IMG/VR virus record: IMGVR_UViG_3300021431_000112 | Location: 1 to 64,000 of that record | DNA length: 64,000 nt | Direction: 5' to 3' (one strand) | Source of the DNA: a virus | Taxonomy: Duplodnaviria > Caudoviricetes | Shown here: one piece after another, positions 9,149 through 17,885 of the stretch | How the letters are laid out: each line of letters starts with the position of its first letter | Position numbering within the stretch: the stretch's first letter is position 1 | Notes under the pieces: model-generated | The model's database searches: none | Told to the model about the DNA's origin: nothing | The model's input: only the letters and a program-made list of their open reading frames with translations | Translations under genes and position numbers: made by a program

Positions 9149-10023
9149 TGTTAAACGAAGCAAGAAAAGCATTTGATGATCCTACACAAAAACTTTATGA
9201 ACATATAGGCGATGATGAATGGCTTGCTAAACAGTGGGAAGGATTCAATAAGAAGTATTTTGATGGCAAACTAAAGAAACCAAGAAACATTCTATGGAAG
9301 AAAATGTCCTCATTGGGTAAAGCATGTTGCGATTTTGATGGAAAGAAGATTTTTACCACATACATCTACATATCACCAAAGATTGAGAACTATCCAACCT
9401 TCAAGAATACATTGGTTCACGAAATGGTACATCAATGGGTATATGAAACTTATGGTACAAAAGATGCTATTCGTTATGCCAATTCTGCCGGTAAAGCAAG
9501 ATGTAGAAAATGGTGGAATTCCATTGAGAAGTCTTTTGGTCATGGTTCAGATGGACATCACGGTACTTGGCAAAATAAATGTGCTGAACTAATGAAGAAA
9601 GATTCTTCTTTGAAATTGTACAAATATGGTTCAACAGATGAAACAGATCTTTCTACAAGAGAAATAAACAAGAAAATCAAAACACAAGGAAATACACATG
9701 TTGTAGTTCAAGAAGGTGACCCAAGAACACCCCGTAGACACTTCTATTATATCACAGACAAAGCTTTCAACCAATTGAAAAAAGATATAGCAGATGGAAA
9801 CATTGGTGGTCAATGGTCTGAATATGAATTTGATAGAAAGAAATTCGTTCAAGTCTTCAAGAATAGTCCTAGAGACTGGATTAGTTCTTCATCACCATAT
9901 TACACAGGAACATACTTTGATGACTTGTGCGAAAGAGATATAATTAACAAATGGTCAAAAAAGATACTTGGTGGTCAAAAAACAGAACACCATAGAAGAT
10001 CTAGAAGATCATTCTGGTTCTAA
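9148..10023 (+). CDS. SprT-like zinc metalloprotease domain protein
   Basis: TLVHEMVHQWV (HExxH) plus downstream HHGTW; N-terminal MLNEA. Confidence 0.75.
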   Translation: MLNEARKAFDDPTQKLYEHIGDDEWLAKQWEGFNKKYFDGKLKKPRNILWKKMSSLGKACCDFDGKKIFTTYIYISPKIENYPTFKNTLVHEMVHQWVYETYGTKDAIRYANSAGKARCRKWWNSIEKSFGHGSDGHHGTWQNKCAELMKKDSSLKLYKYGSTDETDLSTREINKKIKTQGNTHVVVQEGDPRTPRRHFYYITDKAFNQLKKDIADGNIGGQWSEYEFDRKKFVQVFKNSPRDWISSSSPYYTGTYFDDLCERDIINKWSKKILGGQKTEHHRRSRRSFWF

Positions 10024-10030
10024 TTTTCTA

Positions 10031-10066
10031 AAAAGGTCCTTCAAACGGGACCTTTTCTCATAAATA
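10031..10066 (+). terminator. Intrinsic terminator fused to a late promoter CATAAATA (10059-10066)
   Basis: AAAAGGTCC/GGACCTTTT stem, nearly identical to the 8552 unit. Confidence 0.7.
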
Positions 10067-10085
10067 GTTTTTGAGGTGAATTTAT

Positions 10086-10983
10086 ATGTTTTTTAAAAAT
10101 GAAATGTTAAGAGGTGCAGGTGAACAAGTCCCAATGACAGAAGAAGACTTGAAAGAATATATCCGCTGCAAACAATCCATTTTCCACTTTGCGAAATACT
10201 TCACCATCATTGGCCCTGAACGGTGAAGAAAAAATGAAACTCCGTGATTACCAAGAAAAAATTGTAAAGACAATCTGTGCAAAAATACCTGACAAGAACA
10301 ATAGAATTATTATGATGCGGTAGACAGACTGGTAAAACAACTATCGCTACCCTCTATATCCTTTGGTATGCACTATTCCATAAATCTAAAACGATTGCTG
10401 TGCTTGCTAACAAAGCTTCTCAGGCAGAAGAAATTTTGCTTCGTATCAAGAATGCCTATATCAAATTACCTATGTGGCTTCAACAAGGTCTAGTAAAATG
10501 GAATAACCGGTGAAATCCTTATGGAAAACGAAACCAAGATTTTTACTGGTGCATCTTCTAGTTCTTCTGTTCGTGGTAAATCTATTGACCTTCTACTTGT
10601 TGACGAATTTGCTTTCATTGATGACAATATGGCCGAAAAATTCATGCAGTCTGTTTTCCCAACCCAAGCCGCAAAAAAAGATGCTATGATGCTGCTAATC
10701 TCTACTCCAAAAGGTATGAATCATTTCTATAACATTTGGTGTAAAGCTGTGGCTGGCAAAAATAGCTTCATCCCTGTAAAAATCCAATGGTTTGAAGTAG
10801 AGGGTAGAGATGAAGCTTGGCTACAGAAACAAATTCGTGACCACCGGTGAAAAATTTGTGAATACCGAATTTAAATGTTTGGGTGGTGATTCAAAGATCA
10901 CCATTCAAGAAGATTCTGGCAATATACGTGAAATTTCTCTAGAAGAATTGTATATTTTGAAACAAGAACAAATATGCAGTTAA
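10086..10983 (+). CDS. gp17: Terminase large subunit N-terminal ATPase half (T4 gp17-like) fused to a split-intein N-fragment; four C-GGT +1 sites (10221, 10318, 10508, 10845); about 297 aa
   Basis: Reconstructed KLRDYQ (Q motif), GRQTGKTT (Walker A), LLLVDEFAF (Walker B), ISTPKGMNHFY, then EFK/CLGGDSKITI; no nuclease domain. Confidence 0.88.
10876..10983 (+). mobile_element. Split intein N-fragment (35 aa)
   Basis: CLGGDSKITIQEDSGNIREISLEELYILKQEQICS* matches intein block A (C-[LV]-x-G-D-[ST]) and the I-x-[IL]-E-[ED]-L-Y segment; starts at the Cys after E-F-K of TerL. Confidence 0.75.
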
Positions 10984-12116
10984 AATACAAATGTGAAATA
11001 TGTGGTAGAGAAACTACTACAGCTAGAAATTTTGCTATCCATATAGTGAAAAAGCATAAAGACATAACTCTAAAAGAGTATTATGACAAGTACATAAAGA
11101 AACCAGATGAAGGCATTTGTAAGACTTGTGGAAGGCCAACAAGATTTCTTTGTATAGATAGAGGTTATAGAAGTTTTTGTTGTAGAAACTGCATATTTAA
11201 GAATGATGAAGTGAATGAAAAGAAAACAAATACTTTCATAAAGATACATGGTTCTACTTCTCCAATGAAAGATGAAAAAGTATTAGAGAAAATGCGACAG
11301 ACAAATATGGAACGCATTGGTACACCTTATGCTCTTAATAATCCTGAAAAAAGAGCACTTGGAAAACAAACAAAATTAAGAGAACACGGTGATGAAAACT
11401 GGAACAACCATGAGAAATATAAAGAAACCTGTAAAGAAAAATGGGGCGTGGAAAACTATTTTCAAACAAAAGAATTTAAAGATAGTTATGAAAAATACAT
11501 GAAAGAAACTTATAAAGTTAGACTTCCATTACAATACCAAGAGTTTGCTGAGAAATATAAAAAGACCAAATTAAACAATTCTAAAAAGAAATACCAAAAA
11601 TTAGATAAAAATAACACAGTTACACTTAATGATATAGATACAGATCGCTGCTATTGTACTTGCAATACATGCCATAAAGATTTTGTAATAACAAGACTAC
11701 TCTATAGAAAAAGAATAAGAAATAATGAACAAATTTGTATGTTCTGTAATAGTCCATACAATAAAGCTTCAAAAGAAGAAAAAGAGGTTTTAAATTACAT
11801 TAAAACTATTTACACAGGTCCTATATTGGAAAACGATAGGCAGTTAATAAAAGGATTTGAATTGGATATGTATTTTCCAGAATTGAACTTGGCCATAGAA
11901 TTTGATGGTGCTTATTGGCATATGGATAGTAGATTCTACAAGCCAACAGATGTTAATAAAAATTCTGGCAAAACAGCACAAGAAATTTGGGATAGAGATA
12001 AATTAAAAGAACAAAAGGCCTTAGAAAAAGACCTAACACTAATCAGAATAAAAGAATATGATTGGTTGACAGATAAAGAACTAATTAAGCAACAATTATT
12101 TGAACAGTTTAAATAA
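10974..12116 (+). mobile_element. Free-standing homing endonuclease, Vsr-like/DUF559-type nuclease with Zn fingers
   Basis: N-terminal CxxC fingers with KEYYDKYI; C-terminal ELDMYFPELNLAIEFDGAYWH; overlaps the intein stop codon. Confidence 0.8.
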
Positions 12117-12860
12117 GAAATCAATAATCTTATCTATAAAGCTCTTTGATTCCCAAACAGTCAATTCTGTTTTAACAGAGTCATTTTTTTGTTCTAATGG
12201 TTTTTCCTTGATTAGGATTTTAGGTTCATGGGTAATGTCATCTATCACTTTCTCTATTATGAAATTATCGCCAGCACAAGTTTCATGAATCTTTTGTTCT
12301 TCTTTTGTGACCAATTTGTCTTTGAAAGCCATCCAGCATGAAACATCGTTTGTGTCTTCATTCCATCCAATGATTCCTGGACAAGGCTTTCCATTTACAT
12401 CATAATGTCTAATTACATTCTCAACAGGAACATTGTATTCTTTCATTAGTTCCTTGACAAGTTCAATGGCATTGTTTACTACTTCATCTGTAAAATACCA
12501 ATTTGAATCATTTGGATTGGTAATCTTCTTCATCTTGTTGGTAGAACACAGTTCTATCCCAATTGAATTGGCACTTGTACAAATCTTGTATAGTGAGCCA
12601 CCTTTGGTCTTATACTTGTTGCCACCACAATGCCAGCAATACCTATTCTTGATGTCAGGATTGTACTGAACTACAAATGAATCATCAATAACGAAATCTG
12701 CAGATGCCTTAGTGGTTTCCTTTGCGAAATACTTTGCTGTTGTCTTTGCAGACCCACTTTTACTTGTTGTTCCGGCCGTATAGTGGATTACGATATACTT
12801 GATAACCCTATTCTTGCTGGAACTTGTATTCATTGTGCTTGTCTGTAAAATCCTTTCCAT
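12096..12860 (-). CDS. N-acetylmuramoyl-L-alanine amidase (Amidase_2-type endolysin)
   Basis: YIVIHYTAG, ASADFVID, SIGIELC, IRHYDVNGKPCPG; likely start ATG at 12860. Confidence 0.88.
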   Translation of the reverse strand: MERILQTSTMNTSSSKNRVIKYIVIHYTAGTTSKSGSAKTTAKYFAKETTKASADFVIDDSFVVQYNPDIKNRYCWHCGGNKYKTKGGSLYKICTSANSIGIELCSTNKMKKITNPNDSNWYFTDEVVNNAIELVKELMKEYNVPVENVIRHYDVNGKPCPGIIGWNEDTNDVSCWMAFKDKLVTKEEQKIHETCAGDNFIIEKVIDDITHEPKILIKEKPLEQKNDSVKTELTVWESKSFIDKIIDFLFKLFK

Positions 12861-12867
12861 ATTACTA

Positions 12868-12881
12868 TATTTATATAAATA
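12868..12881. promoter_or_regulatory. Palindromic bidirectional late promoter
   Basis: TATTTATATAAATA is self-complementary and gives TATAAATA on both strands between the divergent amidase and endonuclease starts. Confidence 0.65.
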
Positions 12882-12888
12882 GAACGAT

Positions 12889-13941
12889 ATGATATACAAA
12901 ATATATAAGTGTCAACTTTGCGGAGAAGAACATAGTGCCAGAGCAATGACTCCACATTTGTTAAATAAGCATAATATGACTGTCAAAGAGTATTATGATA
13001 AGTATATTGACCCAAAACCACATATTTGTGCTAATGAAAACTGTAATAATGAAGCACAGTTTATGTCTATTAGTGTTGGCTATTCAAAGTGTTGTTGTCA
13101 GACCTGTGCTAATTCATATTCAACTAAAAATAGACATGAAACTGAACCTATATTTGGATTAAAAAAGGCACAATCAACAAATCTAAAAGTATATGGCAAT
13201 GTGTGTTCATTACATGGAAAAGGACCTAAAAAGAAGAAAATTAAGACTTGGAAAAAGAATTATGGTACTACTCATCCAATGAAAAATAAAAAAGTTCGTA
13301 ATAAAGCATTTAATACAGCTATGTCTAATGCTAACTGTAAAACACCAGAAGAATACTATAGACATATTCAATCTGAAATACAGGAAGATTTAAAAAAATA
13401 TGGATATAATGAAGATGGTACTCAAAAAATAACAAATGTTTTTCAATTGGAATCTACAAAAAATAAAATTAAAGAAACAAAATTAGAATTACATGGTGAT
13501 GAAAACTATTCAAATCACTCTAAAGCAATGGAAACTTTAATGAATACTTATGGGCAGATATTTAATAATCCAAAATATAGATATAAAGAATTATCATTTG
13601 ATAGTTCTTGGGAATTGGCATATTATATCTGGCTTGAAGACCATAATGTAAATTTTACATTCCATAAAGATAAACTTAATTACTATTGGCCCGGTGACAA
13701 TAAAATTCATACTTATTATCCAGACTTCAATGTTGAAGGTAAATTGGTTGAAATCAAAAATAACCACTTACTTGAAAAAATGAAGATTCCTGGAACTCAA
13801 GAAAATGCAAAATATAATCTGATGCTTGAAAATGAAGTTGAATTAATAACAAACGATACTATACAACCTTATCTACACTACATCAATAATAAATATAGTA
13901 AACATTATTTGGAATCATTTAAGGTAGTTAAAAATGGCTGA
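12889..13941 (+). mobile_element. Free-standing homing-endonuclease-like gene, PD-(D/E)xK type with Zn fingers
   Basis: CQLCGE...KEYYDKYI N-terminus; FDSSWELAYYIWL...YYPDFNVEGKLVEIK. Confidence 0.75.
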
Positions 13942-14879
13942 AAACAAACAATATCCTTGGAAAAATCATAAAGAACCAGGTGAATTCCCACCCGGTTTCA
14001 GACCAGAACCAGGAACTTTCGTTCCACCCAAGGACGGTCCTAAACCACCAAAAGTCCCACCTCATTTTGTAAAGCATATGCCCAAGGATAATTACTGTGA
14101 CGATGTTGACCACTTCATGGCAGATCATCAAATACAGAACATCCCACAACTTATTGCTTATATAAAGGGACAACTGCGGATCCCCCACAATCTGCGTGGA
14201 ACTAGCGGACAGCCAAATCTTGGACATCATCAGAGACACAGTACAATATATCCAGAGATACTATTATAAGGAAGGCAACTACCGCGATTATCTCTGTATG
14301 GAATTGTTGCCAGGTAAAACACATTATAAACTATGTCAAGAATTGGAATCTGTTGTTGATTTCCAGACCGCAAATTGGCTAGGAAACATCAATGAACTGT
14401 TTACTGTTCCACATAATGTATTATATGACCAAATTCAGAGCATGAATACCTTCAATTACAATGGTATGTGTTATGGTGATTCTAGCTTTGGAGATGTCTG
14501 TGGTAATTTCAATGCACAACTTATTTGGTTAGAACAAATTAAATTTGATCTTGGCGAATCATATCAAGTAAGATATAATGCAAAAGAGAAAGAACTATCA
14601 GTATGGCCTTCCCCAAGGAGACCTGTACATGGATTAATGGAAGTCATGAAAAGACAAAAGTCATTTAAAATCTTTAATGATTACTGGTTCAAGGAATTGG
14701 TGGTGTGTAAGTGCCGGAATGATTTGGTCGAACGCGCTGCGTAAATATTCAATTTCCATCGCTGGCGGTGGCCAATTGAACATGGATTCCTTATATAGTT
14801 CCTATAAAGAACGATATGATGCAGCTATAGAGAGAATTGACAAAGAATCTCCTCACCGGATTTGTATATGTTCGGATAA
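13934..14879 (+). CDS. gp13: Neck protein (T4 gp13-like), about 313 aa, four C-GGA +1 sites (14177, 14715, 14857, 14873); Pro-rich N-terminal extension
   Basis: Reconstructed LGSPTICVELADSQI, GMIWSNALRKYSISIAGGGQLN and terminal SPHGFVYVG*. Confidence 0.82.
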
Positions 14880-14887
14880 TATGTAAG

Positions 14888-15000
14888 ATACGCCTCTTAC
14901 AAAAATCGGAAGGAATGGTTGCAGCCATTCCTTCTTTTTATATAAATAGTGTATTGGACTGCAATCCAATTATATAAAATTATTAAAAAATGAGGCGTAT
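14888..15000 (+). promoter_or_regulatory. Terminator, late promoter and RBS-sequestering structure upstream of an endonuclease gene
   Basis: Hairpin 14909-14934 plus T-tract; TATAAATA 14941-14948; hairpin 14953-14970; ATACGCCTC (14888-14896) complementary to GAGGCGTAT (14992-15000). Confidence 0.7.
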
Positions 15001-16197
15001 ATGTGTAAAAGTAGAAATTGTAAACATATTCATTGCTATATTTGTAATCAACCAGTAAAATATATCTCAAGACATTTAAGATTACATCACCCAGAAATAA
15101 CTGAAAAAGAATACTATGATAAGTATTTAAAAGAACCTAATGAAGGATTTTGTAGAACTTGTGGAAAAGAATTACCATATAGAAATCTACAACATGGTTA
15201 TAAAAAGTATTGTAATGAATCATGTGAAATGAAAGATTTAAATATACAAAAAACAATAAGGAATAGTTATAAAAATAAAACAGGATATGAACACAATTTT
15301 TCAAATCCTAATGTTATAAAACAAATCAAGAAAACACAAGAAAAGATATATGGCGGTGTAGGTTTTGCATCCGAAAAAATAAGACAAAATGCTTTGGATA
15401 GTTATAATAAAGAGCATAATACTAACTTAACGAATTTTCAACAATTAGCACATAAAAATGATAAACAAAGAGTAGAAACAAGAAAGAAAAATAATGGTGG
15501 TAATTATCATAGTGCCAAGGCATTAAAAAATTTCATAAAAATTACAAATACACCAGATGCAATAAAGAAAAGAATAGAGAATAGATGGAAAAATAATCCA
15601 AATTATTATAGCGAAGAAGCAATAAAGAAATTTCAGGAAAAACATTTAAAAACTTATGCTTGGGCAAATATGAAATTATTCAAACCCCACAATAAAGGAA
15701 ACTGTATATGCCATTGTGATTTATGTAATAATGATTATGAGATAAATGTGTTGACTTTGAGAACAAGAAAAGGTTTAAATAAAGTATTATGTACCATTTG
15801 TAATCCATTATATTCACAAGCATCAAATAATTTTACTACATCAAAACAAGAGAAAGAAGTATTTGAATTTGTAAAATCCATATATTCTGGTGAAGTAATT
15901 GAAAATGATAGAGATACTTTAGGTGGTAATAGAGAATTGGATGTGTATTTACCAGAATTAAAAATAGGTATAGAATATAATGGTGATTATTGGCATGCCA
16001 ATCCATTATATTATAAAGAAGATCAAATAGTATGCGAAGGAAGAACGGCACAGGAACTTTGGGATAGAGATAAGATTAAAAAGGAAATATGCGAAAATAA
16101 AGGAATAAAACTTATCACTATATTTGAAACTGACTGGCTCAACAATCGCCCAGAATGTGAGAAGTTAATAAAGGAAGCAATAAATGAAAAACTATAA
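15001..16197 (+). mobile_element. Free-standing homing endonuclease, Vsr-like/DUF559-type (paralog of 10974)
   Basis: KEYYDKYL...CRTCG; ELDVYLPELKIGIEYNGDYWH. Confidence 0.8.
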
Positions 16198-16219
16198 ATA
16201 CCAAAAAGAGGTATAAAAA

Positions 16220-16561
16220 ATGGTATGGTATAACGAAAACGATAATATATTTGTTGTAGCAGAAATCGGTACTGGAGACAATCTACTTGACCAGGATATA
16301 GAAGATGGCTATATTGGGTATGTTAACTTAGGTTCATTCTATGGTCCTGATGACTTGGATGTTGACTACATGAAGATTGACCCAGACTATTCTGCTGAAG
16401 AACTATATGTAAATGATGAAGAATGTGAGCAGATAGATGGTGGTATGCTATTGTATCGTAGGGAGCCAAGATTGGATTCATATAGATACTTGAAAGAAAT
16501 ACTATACCAATTGAACTTGGACGAAAAGAAAGCAACTGAATGGGAAATCGTGAAGGAATAA
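16220..16561 (+). CDS. Hypothetical acidic late protein
   Basis: 113 aa; TATAAATA at 16193-16200 and GAGG RBS. Confidence 0.65.
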   Translation: MVWYNENDNIFVVAEIGTGDNLLDQDIEDGYIGYVNLGSFYGPDDLDVDYMKIDPDYSAEELYVNDEECEQIDGGMLLYRREPRLDSYRYLKEILYQLNLDEKKATEWEIVKE

Positions 16562-16567
16562 AGATAG

Positions 16568-16879
16568 ATGGATAACATTACCTACAGAACGAATTACCTA
16601 AAAGAAGCCAATGTGAATGGATTCAATGAACTGGATCTTGGAAGCATGGATTTTGGTAATTTTGATTTTGGTGAAACAAAGAATTACATGGTTCACTATT
16701 ATGAAGTAGGTAGACCAGACATCATCTCTCAGAACATTTACGGGACTACTAATTTATGGTGGTTCGTTTTGAAATACAATCTGGTGTCAGATCCTTGGAA
16801 TGATTTACGAGATGGAATGATAATTAAATATCCTTCATTGGATAAAGTACTAGAAGCATTTAAGTTATATAAGAAATAA
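16568..16879 (+). CDS. gp53: Baseplate wedge protein (T4 gp53-like, LysM-like fold)
   Basis: GRPDIISQNIYGTTNLWWFVLKYNLVSDPWNDL...IKYP. Confidence 0.75.
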   Translation: MDNITYRTNYLKEANVNGFNELDLGSMDFGNFDFGETKNYMVHYYEVGRPDIISQNIYGTTNLWWFVLKYNLVSDPWNDLRDGMIIKYPSLDKVLEAFKLYKK

Positions 16880-16903
16880 GTTCAACATTAAAACAAAAAT
16901 TGG

Positions 16904-16946
16904 AAAAGACTATTTTAAACGATAGTCTTTTTCTAAATTATAAATA
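16904..16946 (+). terminator. Intrinsic terminator followed by a late promoter TATAAATA (16939-16946)
   Basis: AAAAGACTAT/ATAGTCTTTT stem. Confidence 0.7.
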
Positions 16947-16956
16947 GAAAACTATT

Positions 16957-17424
16957 ATGAACGAACAAATAAAATTAGCAAAACGATTATTAAAAGAAGC
17001 TGGCTATCCTGTAATCTATGAGCCAACTGATACTTATGAGATGACACCATTAAGAAAGAAGTATACTGGTTTACCAATGAATATATGGATTGATGAATTA
17101 CAGAAGTATAAAATTGGTAAACATGAAATTTATGTGAAATTTCAAATGGATAATGATGATGAATTAAAGCCATTAAAAAAAGTTTGTGCTATGAATCTTG
17201 CTGGCGAAATAAAAGAATGGTCAAGAAATTGTAGTTTAATTCCTTCCGATTTAGATAAATTAAGATACTTTATATTTAATAATATGGAAGCAATAGTGAA
17301 CATTGCAAACGGTATGTTATTTTTATCAGATATACAAAAGTATCTAATTAAAGATAAAAAAATAGCTTCAAAAAAGAGAATAGAGAAACTACATAATAAA
17401 ATTAAGGAAAATATAATTAAATGA
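16957..17424 (+). CDS. Hypothetical protein with an AK..L...GY leader; paralog of 17421
   Basis: Shared core LPxNIWID...[RY][IV]KFQ.D. Confidence 0.7.
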   Translation: MNEQIKLAKRLLKEAGYPVIYEPTDTYEMTPLRKKYTGLPMNIWIDELQKYKIGKHEIYVKFQMDNDDELKPLKKVCAMNLAGEIKEWSRNCSLIPSDLDKLRYFIFNNMEAIVNIANGMLFLSDIQKYLIKDKKIASKKRIEKLHNKIKENIIK

Positions 17425-17879
17425 CTTTAATAGAAGCAAAAGAAATTTTAGAAGAAAATGGTTATGAAGTAATAGTTGAAGATACAGAAACTATTGCAAT
17501 GAGAAATATATCTAAAAATGATTTAGATTTACCTGCTAATATATGGATTGATGATAGTAAAGCATACAAAAGAAGTCATCATTCAAAACGAATTAAATTT
17601 CAATTTGATGGTTCAAATAAATTTATGCCTAATGAACTTATACCTATGAAATTAGATGGTATTGTGCCTTTAGAAAACTATGACACAAAATTATCAAAAA
17701 GAGATATAGCAAAAATTTCTCAATGGGTATTAAACAATAAAGAAGCACTAGAATTGTTAGCAGATGGTATAATCACATATGAAGACATTTCCCCATACTT
17801 TATTAAAGGTGGTGAATTGGCTACAACAAAAGATAAAGAAAAATTATTAAAAAGAATCAAGAAATTAACAAATAGGTAA
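17421..17879 (+). CDS. Hypothetical protein with an LxEAK...GY leader; paralog of 16957
   Basis: MTLIEAKEILEENGYEVI; LPANIWIDD...RIKFQFD. Confidence 0.7.
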   Translation: MTLIEAKEILEENGYEVIVEDTETIAMRNISKNDLDLPANIWIDDSKAYKRSHHSKRIKFQFDGSNKFMPNELIPMKLDGIVPLENYDTKLSKRDIAKISQWVLNNKEALELLADGIITYEDISPYFIKGGELATTKDKEKLLKRIKKLTNR

Positions 17880-17885
17880 TATAAA

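Noticed and set aside
10974-12116. Endonuclease as the in-frame homing domain of a contiguous intein
   Set aside because: It is in a different frame with its own ATG and ends ...LFEQFK* with no intein C-terminal HN motif or downstream extein.
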